Source of the DNA: a virus
Taxonomy: Duplodnaviria > Caudoviricetes
Strand: one strand, 5' to 3'
DNA: 64,000 nt
IMG/VR virus record: IMGVR_UViG_2896384573_000007
Location: 4,318-68,317 of that record
Positions within the stretch are counted from its first letter, which is position 1. The number at the start of each line of letters is the position of its first letter. Positions 49,109 to 58,291 of the stretch are shown in pieces. The position numbers and the translations under genes were made by a program. Under the pieces are notes generated by a model. It was given only the letters and a program-made list of their open reading frames with translations, did no database searches and was not told the DNA's origin.

Positions 49109-49323
49109 TTCCCGGTTCGCTTCGGCGTCCCGGTTCAATCGCGTCTGGTGCCCTGTCCAAGCCCTTCTCCCGGCTTCCCTCCCCGATAGGGGTGGAGGGA
49201 GCCGGGAGAACAGTTCCCTGTTCTCCCTCCCTCCCCGAAGGGGAGGGCACCAGAGATAAACCGGGACATCTTTTCGAGGCCATTTCCCGGTTCTGTCCCG
49301 GTTCTCGAAAAAAGAACCGGGAC
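49109..49323. repeat. Six 10-bp (G/T)TCCCGGTT(C/T) iteron-like repeats; candidate replication origin
   Basis: Copies at 49109, 49127, 49258 (rc), 49284, 49295 and 49314 (rc), directly downstream of the helicase-like gene. Confidence 0.65.
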
Positions 49324-49334
49324 GATGATTCCTC

Positions 49335-50573
49335 CTACGCTTCGGTGGTCGCCGAAGGCCGCTTTTCGTTGGCGACGAAAACGCCGTTCTTCAACCTTGA
49401 CTTGCTGCCGAGATATTCCTGTTCGAACAGCAGGCCTGACTTCTTCCAGCACTTGACGATGCGGTCGGCGCGCTGCTCCGAGACTTCGAGGCCCTTGGCG
49501 ATGGGGATGCCGACGTAGCGGTCCTTCGATTGCGGCGCGAAGGAATAACGCTCGTATTCCAGCCCCTTAGCGTTCTGGATGACGTCGAGCACGCCGTCGA
49601 TCAGGTCGTAACCGATGTTCTCGAACAGACCGGGCGGCTGCCACGGCACGAGGATGCCCACCTTGTCGGACTCGGGATAGTCGGGCGGGTTTTCGTTTTC
49701 GAGGTCGACGGAGATGAATTTGAACCAGTTGGCCTGGCCCGGATCCGGCAGGTAGTTACCCTTGGCATGGTCGACGCGGACGATGTGGCGCGGGCTGTCG
49801 ACGCCGAGCGACGCGGCCATGTCGGCGGTCATGTTGGTGATGGTGTGCGCCAGCCGGACGAGCCCGCCGAGCGACGAGCCGCCGCGCGATGCGTCGATGT
49901 CGCCGGGGGTGACGACGCCCTTGCGGACGTGGTGCGTCAGCAGGCCTGCGGCGTCCAGGCGGCGGATCATGCCGCGAATGACGGCGGCTGCGGCCTTGAC
50001 CTGGCCGTTGTCGTTTTCCGCGCCTGACCAGAGCTCGATGAACGGGTCGAGCATGAGCACCTCGACGCCGTATTGGCCCATCAGCCGCTCCAGCTGCTTC
50101 AGGTTATCGGTGGCGTGGATGATGCCCTTGCGGTCGACCTGCGCGAGGATGGGCGGGTCGTCGATATGGGCGACGTGGATCTGACGCTCCTCATTCCTGC
50201 CGAAGCCGTAGTGCTTGGCGATGGCGTGCATGCGCCGGTCCAGCTCGTCGCGGTCCTCCTCGACGGTGAGGATGCCGACGCGCTTCGGCGGGCCGACGAT
50301 CTTGAACGGGCCATAGGCGAGACCGGCGGCGAGGTGCCATGCGATGACGAGACCGAAGATGGACTTGCCAGCGCCGCCTGCGGCGATCAGCGACGTCACC
50401 TGCTGCCTGAGCAAGAGCCCGCGCATGATCCATGGCCTGACCGGCAGCGTCTTGGGATCGCGCAGCCGATAGGGCCTGACGCGCACCGGCAGCCGCACGA
50501 CGTTCTCGGCATCGTCGCCGGAGGGGCGGTCGCCGGGGAAGTCGTCGTCGTCCCTCACGGCTCGCTCCTCCAT
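49335..50573 (-). CDS. AAA_25 / RepA-like SF4 helicase-type ATPase
   Basis: AAGGAGKS Walker A, VEED, LDPF..END, THHVRK, SRGGSSL. Confidence 0.85.
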   Translation of the reverse strand: MEERAVRDDDDFPGDRPSGDDAENVVRLPVRVRPYRLRDPKTLPVRPWIMRGLLLRQQVTSLIAAGGAGKSIFGLVIAWHLAAGLAYGPFKIVGPPKRVGILTVEEDRDELDRRMHAIAKHYGFGRNEERQIHVAHIDDPPILAQVDRKGIIHATDNLKQLERLMGQYGVEVLMLDPFIELWSGAENDNGQVKAAAAVIRGMIRRLDAAGLLTHHVRKGVVTPGDIDASRGGSSLGGLVRLAHTITNMTADMAASLGVDSPRHIVRVDHAKGNYLPDPGQANWFKFISVDLENENPPDYPESDKVGILVPWQPPGLFENIGYDLIDGVLDVIQNAKGLEYERYSFAPQSKDRYVGIPIAKGLEVSEQRADRIVKCWKKSGLLFEQEYLGSKSRLKNGVFVANEKRPSATTEA

Positions 50574-51040
50574 TCGTTCTGACGCGCGGCGTTGCGCACC
50601 GCCCAGAAGAGCGTGTCGCGGCGCATGCAGGGGAAGCCGATGGCCTGGACGAAGATGTGCAGCGCGGTCAGGTCGTCGCGGGTGAAAGGCCGCATCTCGA
50701 AGTCGGGTTGGCCGAGCCCCCAGTCGCCGGGAAGCGGTCCCTTGAGCATGATCCGGTGCGTTCGAAGGTCGTAGCCGACGAGGCCGGAAAGCTCCGGGCA
50801 TTCGCTCATGCAGAGGAAGGCGTTGTATTGGTTCGGCATCGGCAGGCCGATCTCGTCATACTGCATCGGCTCGCGCCAGTCGGTATCGCGAACCGGACGC
50901 GGTGGCTTTCGGGCTGCGGCGACGCGCTGGTAGCGGCGGCGATTCTTCTGGTACTCGGCGGCGAAGCGGTCGATCTGCTCGTCGAGAGAGCGCCAGAAGC
51001 GCATCTCAGCCAGCCAGCGCTGCCGCTCCGCGCCCTTCAT
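50555..51040 (-). CDS. Stand-alone VapE/VirE N-terminal-like protein
   Basis: N..N....L.GLVGYD.....RP...DD...L...Q..G.....D....AV..AA pattern; no ATPase part. Confidence 0.5.
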   Translation of the reverse strand: MKGAERQRWLAEMRFWRSLDEQIDRFAAEYQKNRRRYQRVAAARKPPRPVRDTDWREPMQYDEIGLPMPNQYNAFLCMSECPELSGLVGYDLRTHRIMLKGPLPGDWGLGQPDFEMRPFTRDDLTALHIFVQAIGFPCMRRDTLFWAVRNAARQNEWRSEP

Positions 51041-52368
51041 GCCTTGGCTTCCCATTCGGTGATGCGGCCAGCGATCCAGTCGGCGATGTTCAGCGGCCAC
51101 GCATTGCCGATGGCCCGGTAGCGCGGCCCGTCGGGCGCATGCGGCTTGCCGCGCCACGGTATATCGGTCCAGTTGTCGGGCAGGCCCTGCAGGCGCTCGC
51201 ATTCGAGCGGCGTCAGCCGGCGCACGCCCCATTGCGCCGCGACCGCTTGGCTGTAGCCGTCCTCGTCGAGCGCGCCGGGAACGTCGGCGGGCACCGGATC
51301 CTGTCTGGCGTTGAAGGCGACCGCCACCTGCCCACCGGCATTGGCATGGCTCTTCGAAAACTCCATGGCGCGCAGCGTCGGCGCGACGTTGCCACCGGAG
51401 CCGTGGCTCTTCGAATCGAACGCGATGGGGATCAGCGCGTCGTGCATGTCCGCGCCCATCGTACCAGGCGGTCGGTCGCCGCCGGTTCGGTTGGCCGCGC
51501 CGGAGAGCGTCGGTGCCACAACCGGGATGATCGGCTGGCCGCGCCCGGTGCCGTCTTCCGAGGCGTCGAAGCTATCGGCCTTCAGCGTGTGGGCGACGAG
51601 GTCGCTGGCGTATTTGTAGTCGCGCACAAGGACCGGCGACGCGGTGCCGTCGATTTCGTAGTCGCCGAAGGAGACGAGGCGGGCAGCGATGACGGTGTCC
51701 TGTCCGCGTGGCTCGCCGGGACGCTCGACGCCCCGGCCACTTGCGACAAGGCTCTGTGCAACATCGGCGGAAGCGCCTTGCCCCGGCGTTCGGCGCGGCG
51801 CAGGATCCCCGCGCATGCTCTCGGGCTCAAGTAGTACCTCGGCGGGACCGCGCCAGTCTCCAAGATGTCCGACAAGGAAGAGACGCCGTCGTCGCTGCGG
51901 GACGGCGCGCGGAAGGCGTTGTGTTCGGACAAACTGAGCGTCAAGCACGCGCCAGGCACAGCAATACCCGCATTCTTCCAGGCCCCGGAGGAAGGTCGCA
52001 AACGACCGTCCCTTGTCGTGGGACAGGGCTCCGGTGACGTTCTCCCAAACCAGCCAGCGGGGGCGATAGCGCCAAGCCACGGCAAGATAGTCGAGCATGA
52101 GGACGCCACGCGGATCGGCAAGCCCGCGCCTGAGTCCGGCGACCGAGAAGGATTGGCAGGGCGTGCCGCCGGTAACGAGGTCGATGTCGAGGTCGGGCCA
52201 GTCGCGGTAACCATTGACGTCTCCGTAGTTCGGCGTGTCGGGGAAGCGGTAGCGCAGCAACGAGGCGGCGAAGCGGTCGATTTCGGAATGCGCCACGCAG
52301 GACCAGCCATGGGCCTCGAAGGCAAGCTTCGCGGTGCCGATACCGGAGAACAGGTCGAGCAACTTCAT
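51037..52368 (-). CDS. C5-cytosine DNA methyltransferase
   Basis: LDLFSGIG, GGTPCQSFS, WENV, QRRRRLF, RRLTPLECERLQG, IGNA; ATG 52368. Confidence 0.95.
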   Translation of the reverse strand: MKLLDLFSGIGTAKLAFEAHGWSCVAHSEIDRFAASLLRYRFPDTPNYGDVNGYRDWPDLDIDLVTGGTPCQSFSVAGLRRGLADPRGVLMLDYLAVAWRYRPRWLVWENVTGALSHDKGRSFATFLRGLEECGYCCAWRVLDAQFVRTQRLPRAVPQRRRRLFLVGHLGDWRGPAEVLLEPESMRGDPAPRRTPGQGASADVAQSLVASGRGVERPGEPRGQDTVIAARLVSFGDYEIDGTASPVLVRDYKYASDLVAHTLKADSFDASEDGTGRGQPIIPVVAPTLSGAANRTGGDRPPGTMGADMHDALIPIAFDSKSHGSGGNVAPTLRAMEFSKSHANAGGQVAVAFNARQDPVPADVPGALDEDGYSQAVAAQWGVRRLTPLECERLQGLPDNWTDIPWRGKPHAPDGPRYRAIGNAWPLNIADWIAGRITEWEAKA

Positions 52369-52931
52369 CCCGCTTCCCCTGCACGCAGCAACCGGAGGAT
52401 CTGCGAGCAGCGGCTCGCCCAGATGGCGACGCATGCCGCCTCGGCCTCGTTGTGGTTCTTGAAGGTGATGCCCAGCCACCGGCAATATTCGCGGGCGCGG
52501 CGCTTTGCTTCGTCCTTTCCAAGCGTGCCACCGCCGCGCCCATAGAGCGCCGCGCGCCATGTGTTGACCGGGACCGTCTCGAAGCCGATGCCGCGGTCGA
52601 TGGCGAGCTGGCGCACATGACCCTGGATTTCCGGCAGCACCATCTGATCGGCGTTCGGCGTCCAGTAGCCATGGTTCCTGCCGCCGAGATCCACCTTCAC
52701 CCGTTTCTGGTAACCGGCGATCAGCCGCATGGCCGCTTCGAGGCAGATGAAGTCGGGGCGGCGGGCAAGGACGACGTCGTGCAGGCGCAGGCCGAAGGCG
52801 GCGCATTTCTCCTCCGCCGTGTCGCCGTGGCTCGTGAACGACGAGCACTCGATGTCGCGCTCTTGGCCGGGGAAGCGGTAGAGCGCCAGCCCGCACTGCG
52901 TGACCGAGGGATCGACGCCGAGGATCAGCAT
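52365..52931 (-). CDS. RuvC-like Holliday junction resolvase
   Basis: ILGVDPS, CLEAA, NHNEAEA. Confidence 0.75.
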   Translation of the reverse strand: MLILGVDPSVTQCGLALYRFPGQERDIECSSFTSHGDTAEEKCAAFGLRLHDVVLARRPDFICLEAAMRLIAGYQKRVKVDLGGRNHGYWTPNADQMVLPEIQGHVRQLAIDRGIGFETVPVNTWRAALYGRGGGTLGKDEAKRRAREYCRWLGITFKNHNEAEAACVAIWASRCSQILRLLRAGEAG

Positions 52932-53122
52932 GGCTCGCCTCCGAACCGTTCGATCAGTTCCCGCCGCAGCTTCAGCAGCCGGGAGAGCGCCGCGTCGCGG
53001 TCTGGCTCGCGCCGCAGCGCCGCCAGCACTCGGCGCTCGTAGGCATCGACGAGGTAGCGGATCTCGACCAGGCAGTCGTCCAGGCTCTCGGCGATCTTCG
53101 CGGCGGCGCGACGTTTACCCAT
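52925..53122 (-). CDS. Hypothetical protein (65 aa)
   Basis: Overlap-coupled in the operon. Confidence 0.5.
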   Translation of the reverse strand: MGKRRAAAKIAESLDDCLVEIRYLVDAYERRVLAALRREPDRDAALSRLLKLRRELIERFGGEPC

Positions 53123-53378
53123 GGCCGAGCCTCCGCCACACCGGCTTCACCGGCTCCTGCTGGTCGAACGGCTCATGCCTGCCACGCCAGCAGAGGCGGT
53201 GGTGGTAGGGGCAGAAGGTCTTGCCGAGCGCCGTCGGCAGGCCGCAGAACAAAAACTTCCCCGGCGCGTTAGGCGCAGAGAGGACCGGGTAGCGGCATTG
53301 CAGGTCGGTGACTTCGGCGAGCGGCACGAGGCGCGGCGCGGGCGGCAATAATGCGGCAACAATAGCCTCATCTCTCAT
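53115..53378 (-). CDS. GcrA-like protein, C-terminal domain only
   Basis: L..V...QCRYP......FLFCG.......FCPYH pattern; GGGGGA RBS. Confidence 0.75.
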   Translation of the reverse strand: MRDEAIVAALLPPAPRLVPLAEVTDLQCRYPVLSAPNAPGKFLFCGLPTALGKTFCPYHHRLCWRGRHEPFDQQEPVKPVWRRLGHG

Positions 53379-53435
53379 GACGGCTTTCCCCCGAAGGTGG
53401 ACGAGCGGGCAGCCGTCTTGGCTATCCGTCAGGCG

Positions 53436-53660
53436 TCAGCGGGCATCGTCGGAAGCGGGCAGAAAAATATCGGGGCGCAGAACGTAGCGCGGGATGCCCG
53501 TAATCTTTTCGTAGCGTTCGAGTTTCTCAGGCGGGATCCGGCGCTTGCCGTTTTCGTAACGCGACACTTGCGGTTCGGTGACACCGAGCATTTTGGCCAC
53601 CGCTTGCAGGCTGCGTTGCCCTTGGGGCAGGCGCTGCCGCCATTGCTTTAATGGGTGCAT
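53436..53660 (-). CDS. Cro-like repressor
   Basis: AVAKMLGVTEPQVSRYENG HTH, LRPDIF end; divergent from cI. Confidence 0.85.
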   Translation of the reverse strand: MHPLKQWRQRLPQGQRSLQAVAKMLGVTEPQVSRYENGKRRIPPEKLERYEKITGIPRYVLRPDIFLPASDDAR

Positions 53661-53667
53661 GGGGCCA

Positions 53668-53697
53668 AACTTACCCCACAGGCACAAATTACGGCAA
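53668..53697 (-). promoter_or_regulatory. PR-like promoter for cro (leaderless) with operator in the spacer
   Basis: TTGCCG-N18-TAAGTT ending 7 nt before ATG 53660; TGCC-TGTGG-GGTA overlaps the -10. Confidence 0.6.
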
Positions 53698-53758
53698 CAG
53701 AAAAGTTACGCCTCTTGCGGATTATGGCGAAACCGTGGAAATCTATTAGCGTTGCAGC

Positions 53759-54133
53759 ATGAAAGGGGCCAGCATGCCTACGAGGGCCAAGACTCGGTCT
53801 GACACTCTTTTTTTCAAGGAATGGCGCATCCATGCCGGGTTCTCGCAAGAGGATGTCGGCGAGAAACTTGGTGTCACTGCGTCAACGGTTTCGAGGATCG
53901 AGACCGGAAAACGCGATTTCCTCGGTTCCTACCTGATCAGATTCGCCGAGATCTGCAAATGCCCGTCACCCGGCGATCCGGTCTCGCGACCGCCGTCGCA
54001 GATCTCCATCGACGCGCTGTTTCGCGGCAATGAGGAGGACCGCAAACGAGCCGAGGCGATCCTGCTTGCGGCGCTCCGCCAGTCGGTCTCGAAGCTCAAC
54101 GACGCAGAAAATGGCGATGATGAGAAGAGCTAG
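53759..54133 (+). CDS. CI-like XRE repressor without a peptidase domain (start may be 53774)
   Basis: FSQEDVGEKLGVTASTVSRIETGKR HTH; divergent from cro. Confidence 0.85.
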   Translation: MKGASMPTRAKTRSDTLFFKEWRIHAGFSQEDVGEKLGVTASTVSRIETGKRDFLGSYLIRFAEICKCPSPGDPVSRPPSQISIDALFRGNEEDRKRAEAILLAALRQSVSKLNDAENGDDEKS

Positions 54134-54160
54134 TCGGACTTAAGTCCTACTTATTCCTGC

Positions 54161-54189
54161 TTGCCAACCTTGCCTCACGGGCATATATT
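54161..54189 (+). promoter_or_regulatory. PL-like promoter of the early operon with operator in the spacer
   Basis: TTGCCA-N17-TATATT; TGCC-TCACG-GGCA at 54171-54183. Confidence 0.65.
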
Positions 54190-54295
54190 CGATCTTCATC
54201 AAAATTTCACAGTACTACCCGCTGTTGTCGCTCGACCGCCGCCGAAATGCCTCGGCGAGCGACGTCTTGCTCTATCATCGCGTGAGGGAAATGCG

Positions 54296-54604
54296 ATGTC
54301 GACCGAACGAGGAAGCCGTTACCTGCACCTCCGGCTGAAGGACGTGCCGGAGGAATTTCGCGACGATCTCATACAGTTTATCGTCGAAGGTGTCTTGCCG
54401 CTTGATAACTGCTTGCTAATGCAAGTGCTTACCGGCCTCGACGCGCTTGCGGCGCGGTCTTTCAGGGACCGCCGCGAACACCTTTCGGCCATCGTCGAGG
54501 CGCTGCAGACCGAATGCCCGGATTATGCATGGTCGTCGGTCGGCGCGTGTGTCCGCTGGGAGCGACGTGGAGGCCTTTCCGGCTATCGCCGTGAATTGAG
54601 ATGA
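54296..54604 (+). CDS. Hypothetical early protein
   Basis: GAGGGA RBS before ATG 54296. Confidence 0.55.
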   Translation: MSTERGSRYLHLRLKDVPEEFRDDLIQFIVEGVLPLDNCLLMQVLTGLDALAARSFRDRREHLSAIVEALQTECPDYAWSSVGACVRWERRGGLSGYRRELR

Positions 54605-55506
54605 TCGAGCGTCGGGCAATCACAACCATCCCGCTATGGCTGGAGTGGCGGCGGTCGTTCCTTTGTGCCTCGGAGGTAGCCGCAGCCGTCGGCGTCGATG
54701 AGTATCGCTCGCCGCTCTCGCTCTATGCCGAGAAGCTCGGGCTGACGAGCGTCGTCGAGACGCCGATCATGCGGCGCGGCAGGCACTTTCAGGAAGCGGC
54801 GCGCTCCTACATCTCAGAGGAATGCTTCGACTGGCGCGTTTACGATCCGCACGTCTTTGTGATGGACACCGAGAAGCGGCTCGCCTGCACGCCCGACCTT
54901 CTGGCCGAGGTGCCGGGGAGGTCGGGAATCTGCAACGTCCAGATCAAGACCATCTCCGCGCCGAAATTCGAGGAATGGCACGGCGTGCCGCCGATAGGCT
55001 ACACGCTGCAAGTGGCGACCGAGAACATGCTCTTGGACGCGAATCATGGCTACCTCGCGGTGCTCGCCGTCTCTACCTATGAGGCAAGCCTGCATCTCTT
55101 CGATGTGCCACGCCACGAAGCGGCGGAAAAAAAACTTGCCGCTGTGGCAAAGGAATTCTGGGACAATATCGCGGCGGGGCGTTTGCCGAAGCCCGACTAC
55201 CGCCTGGACGCGGAGGCCATCGAGCAAATGCATCCGAGCGCGCGGAAGGGCGAGGTCATCGACCTTTCCGGCGACAACCGGCTGGCCGAGATCCTGCCGT
55301 ACCGCGAAACGCTGAAGAAACGCATCAAGGCCGTCGGCGAAGAACTGGAGGCGCTGAACGCCGAGATCCGCGACAAGCTCGGCGATGCCGAGGAGGCGGA
55401 GTTTCCGGGCTGGCGCATCACCTGCCGGAACCAGACGCGCAAGTCCTACACCGTGCCGGAATGGTCGGGGCGCAAGCTCAACATCTCCGAAAGGGGCAAG
55501 GAATGA
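54601..55506 (+). CDS. YqaJ / lambda-exonuclease-like recombination nuclease
   Basis: W...R...L.ASEVAA..G, RG..FQ, ACTPD, QIKT, Y..Q motifs. Confidence 0.88.
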   Translation: MIERRAITTIPLWLEWRRSFLCASEVAAAVGVDEYRSPLSLYAEKLGLTSVVETPIMRRGRHFQEAARSYISEECFDWRVYDPHVFVMDTEKRLACTPDLLAEVPGRSGICNVQIKTISAPKFEEWHGVPPIGYTLQVATENMLLDANHGYLAVLAVSTYEASLHLFDVPRHEAAEKKLAAVAKEFWDNIAAGRLPKPDYRLDAEAIEQMHPSARKGEVIDLSGDNRLAEILPYRETLKKRIKAVGEELEALNAEIRDKLGDAEEAEFPGWRITCRNQTRKSYTVPEWSGRKLNISERGKE

Positions 55507-56042
55507 AACCGAGGATCTATCAGGTGGACGAGGCGGCGGGCGGCATCACGCGCGCCGAGCTGCACGAGAAGGCGGTGGCCTTCGTCGAGGAGCGTTACCC
55601 CAGAACCGGCGACGTGCCGTTCCTCTGGATCATCGACGATGGCGAGGCGCTCGTCTGGATCGAGACCGGCTGGGAGGACGAAGCCGAAAAGGTGGCATCC
55701 TATAATCTCGTCGCCCTGACGCTGATGATTTCCAAGGCGCGGCAATATGCGTCGATCGTCGAGGTCTGGATCGCCCGCCAGCATCCAGCGCCGGACGGCT
55801 CCTATCCCAACGACGCACCGCTGCCCTCCGAGCGCCCGGAAAACGAGCGTGAGGACGCGGTTCTGATCAATACCTTCGAGCGAAACGGCGCGTTCAATCT
55901 GACGACCTTCATCGCCAAGCGGCACTCGAAGCTCTTGGGCGCGCGGGTGAACGAGGACTCCAGCGGCCCCGGCAAATGGCAGGGACGCATGTTCAACATG
56001 TTCGAGCGCGGACAGAAGCTGGCGCGGAGGTTCGCTGAATGA
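55503..56042 (+). CDS. Hypothetical early protein
   Basis: ATGA-coupled to YqaJ. Confidence 0.65.
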   Translation: MKPRIYQVDEAAGGITRAELHEKAVAFVEERYPRTGDVPFLWIIDDGEALVWIETGWEDEAEKVASYNLVALTLMISKARQYASIVEVWIARQHPAPDGSYPNDAPLPSERPENEREDAVLINTFERNGAFNLTTFIAKRHSKLLGARVNEDSSGPGKWQGRMFNMFERGQKLARRFAE

Positions 56043-56506
56043 TGACCGACATCCAGATCTATCGCCTGCACGCGATCCTCGTCGACTGCACCCGCCAGTA
56101 CCGGCTGCACGAGAAGATGGTCGAGCGCGACGTCGGTGGCATGCACGTCGTCACCTATGAGGCGCTGCCGCATGCGTCGGAAGCGCCGCCGGAGCACACG
56201 GTCGTCAATTGCACGCTGTTGAAGGTGGGCGTCGACCGCGACAAGGCCGAGAGCCACCGCGCCGAGCTGCGCCAGCTGATCGCGCCCATGGAGCCGATCC
56301 TGAAGCTGGGGCCGTCTTTCATCACCCTCGGGGCCGAGATCGGCGACCAGGGTGCCGCCTTCCAGCTCATGGCCCTCGGCCATTTTCTCGGCTTCTGGCG
56401 CATCGTGACCCCCGAGGATCTGGGTTTTACCGGCGCGAAAGCAGAGCAGGCGGCAGGCCTCGGCTACGTCATGCTGGCCGGTTACCAACGGGAGGAAGTC
56501 TCATGA
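56039..56506 (+). CDS. Hypothetical early protein
   Basis: ATGA-coupled at both ends. Confidence 0.65.
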   Translation: MMTDIQIYRLHAILVDCTRQYRLHEKMVERDVGGMHVVTYEALPHASEAPPEHTVVNCTLLKVGVDRDKAESHRAELRQLIAPMEPILKLGPSFITLGAEIGDQGAAFQLMALGHFLGFWRIVTPEDLGFTGAKAEQAAGLGYVMLAGYQREEVS

Positions 56507-57603
56507 ACGACGATCAAAGCCGCGTCGAACGCCGCTCCGCGCTCGACGAGTTCGCGGCGATGCAAGTGACCGGCCCAGCCGCGATGATGCCGGTCAACCA
56601 GTCGCAAGGCTTCGAGGTGATCGCGGCGCAGCCGGTCGCAGTAAAACGCGACGAGGGGCAGGTGCTGAAGCGGCTGCGGCTGCTGGCAAGTTCGGCTGGC
56701 ACCGACTGGTATTATCGCTTCCCGGTGAAGAACCGCCGGGAAAACCGCACCGACTGGATCGAAGGCCCTTCGATCAAGCTCGCCAACGATCTGTCCAGGA
56801 TCTTCGGCAATTGCGCGGTGGACTGCCGCGCGCAGGACTTCGGCGACTTCTGGCTGTTCCATGCCCGCTTCGTCGATCTCGAAACCGGCTATTCGCTGGT
56901 GCGACCGTTCCAGCAGAGAAAGAGCGCCGGGAAGATCGGCGGCGCGGACGACGACCGGCGGCTCGATATCGCCTTCCAGATCGGCGCGTCGAAGGCGATC
57001 AGGAACTGCGTCGTCAATGCGCTGCAGACCTTCGCCGACTTCGCCTTCGAGGAGGCCAAGGGCGCGCTGATCGACCGCATCGGCAAGGATCTCGACGGCT
57101 ACCGCCAGCGGACCATCGAACGGGTCTCGACGCATGTCGAGATCGAGCGCGTCGAGCGCGTGATCGGCAGGCCGCGCCAGAACTGGCTGGCGACCGACGT
57201 CGCCAAGATCATCGCCATGGCCAAGGCGGTCAGCGATGGCATGGCCACATGGAACGAGACCTTCCCGCCCATCGATGGCGTGGAGGAAACTGGCGAGGAA
57301 ACGAGCGCCGCCGCCGCCGCCAACGAGACGCTCGACAGCTTCGCCACAGGCCCCGGCGCAGATGCGGCTCCTGAAGGAGACGCCGGGGCCGATCCCTCCG
57401 CCAGCGAGCCGGCCCCCCCTCAAACGCTGGCGGAGGACATCTTCGAGACGATCAGCCGCCGCATGAAGGCCGCGCCGACCGAGGCGGCGGTGCATCAGGT
57501 CTGGGAGGATATGGAACTGGACGCCTATTTCGACGGTGATGCCAAGGGCCGCAGCAAGGCGTGGAAGATCGCCCAGAAGCGGCTCACGGAACTGAAAGGC
57601 TGA
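56503..57603 (+). CDS. Putative single-strand annealing protein
   Basis: IEGPSIKLA...FGN...SKAIRN core plus acidic disordered C-terminus, near YqaJ; GGAGGA RBS. Confidence 0.5.
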   Translation: MNDDQSRVERRSALDEFAAMQVTGPAAMMPVNQSQGFEVIAAQPVAVKRDEGQVLKRLRLLASSAGTDWYYRFPVKNRRENRTDWIEGPSIKLANDLSRIFGNCAVDCRAQDFGDFWLFHARFVDLETGYSLVRPFQQRKSAGKIGGADDDRRLDIAFQIGASKAIRNCVVNALQTFADFAFEEAKGALIDRIGKDLDGYRQRTIERVSTHVEIERVERVIGRPRQNWLATDVAKIIAMAKAVSDGMATWNETFPPIDGVEETGEETSAAAAANETLDSFATGPGADAAPEGDAGADPSASEPAPPQTLAEDIFETISRRMKAAPTEAAVHQVWEDMELDAYFDGDAKGRSKAWKIAQKRLTELKG

Positions 57604-57607
57604 TCCG

Positions 57608-58291
57608 ATGGTCTCCCGCTTCGAACACATGCCGCCGCGCCTCGCCAAGTTGCCCATCGACGAGCGCGGCTATCCGGTGCCGTATTTCGTCGAATGGATC
57701 GATGGCAAGCCGGACTTCCGGGTGATGAATGCCAAGCATCTGGTCGACGCGATCAAGTTTTCGCGCTGCTGGATCTGCGGCGAAAAGCTCGGGCGTTACA
57801 AGGCGTTCGCCATCGGCCCGATGTGCTGCATCAATCGCATCGCGCCCGAGCCGCCGTCGCACTACGAGTGCGCCCGCTTCGGCGTCGAGGCCTGTCCGTT
57901 CCTTACGCGCCCGCTGGCCAGACGCAACACGCGCGGCATGCCGGAGGACGCATGGGTTCCCGGCGTGATGCTTGAACGCAATCCCGGCGTCACCTGCATC
58001 TGGGTGACGCTCGACTACCGATGGTTCAAGGACAACGGCGGCGTGCTGTTCAGGATCGGCGAACCGGAGCGCATCGAGTTCTTCCGCGAAGGCAGAGCGG
58101 CGACCCGCGCGGAGGTCGACCATTCGATTGCGACCGGCATCCACCACCTGGACGACCTCGCCAAGACCGAAGGCACGAAAGCCATCATCCAACTGGAAAA
58201 CTACAAGCGTCGCTTCCGCGAGATTCTTGACCGGATCATGCCGCTGCCGCCGAAGCCGAAGGAGGCAAGCGATGCAGCGCGTGCTTCATAA
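57608..58291 (+). CDS. Cys/His-containing phage hypothetical protein
   Basis: RGYPVPYFV, CWICG, PSHYECA...CPFL. Confidence 0.7.
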   Translation: MVSRFEHMPPRLAKLPIDERGYPVPYFVEWIDGKPDFRVMNAKHLVDAIKFSRCWICGEKLGRYKAFAIGPMCCINRIAPEPPSHYECARFGVEACPFLTRPLARRNTRGMPEDAWVPGVMLERNPGVTCIWVTLDYRWFKDNGGVLFRIGEPERIEFFREGRAATRAEVDHSIATGIHHLDDLAKTEGTKAIIQLENYKRRFREILDRIMPLPPKPKEASDAARAS

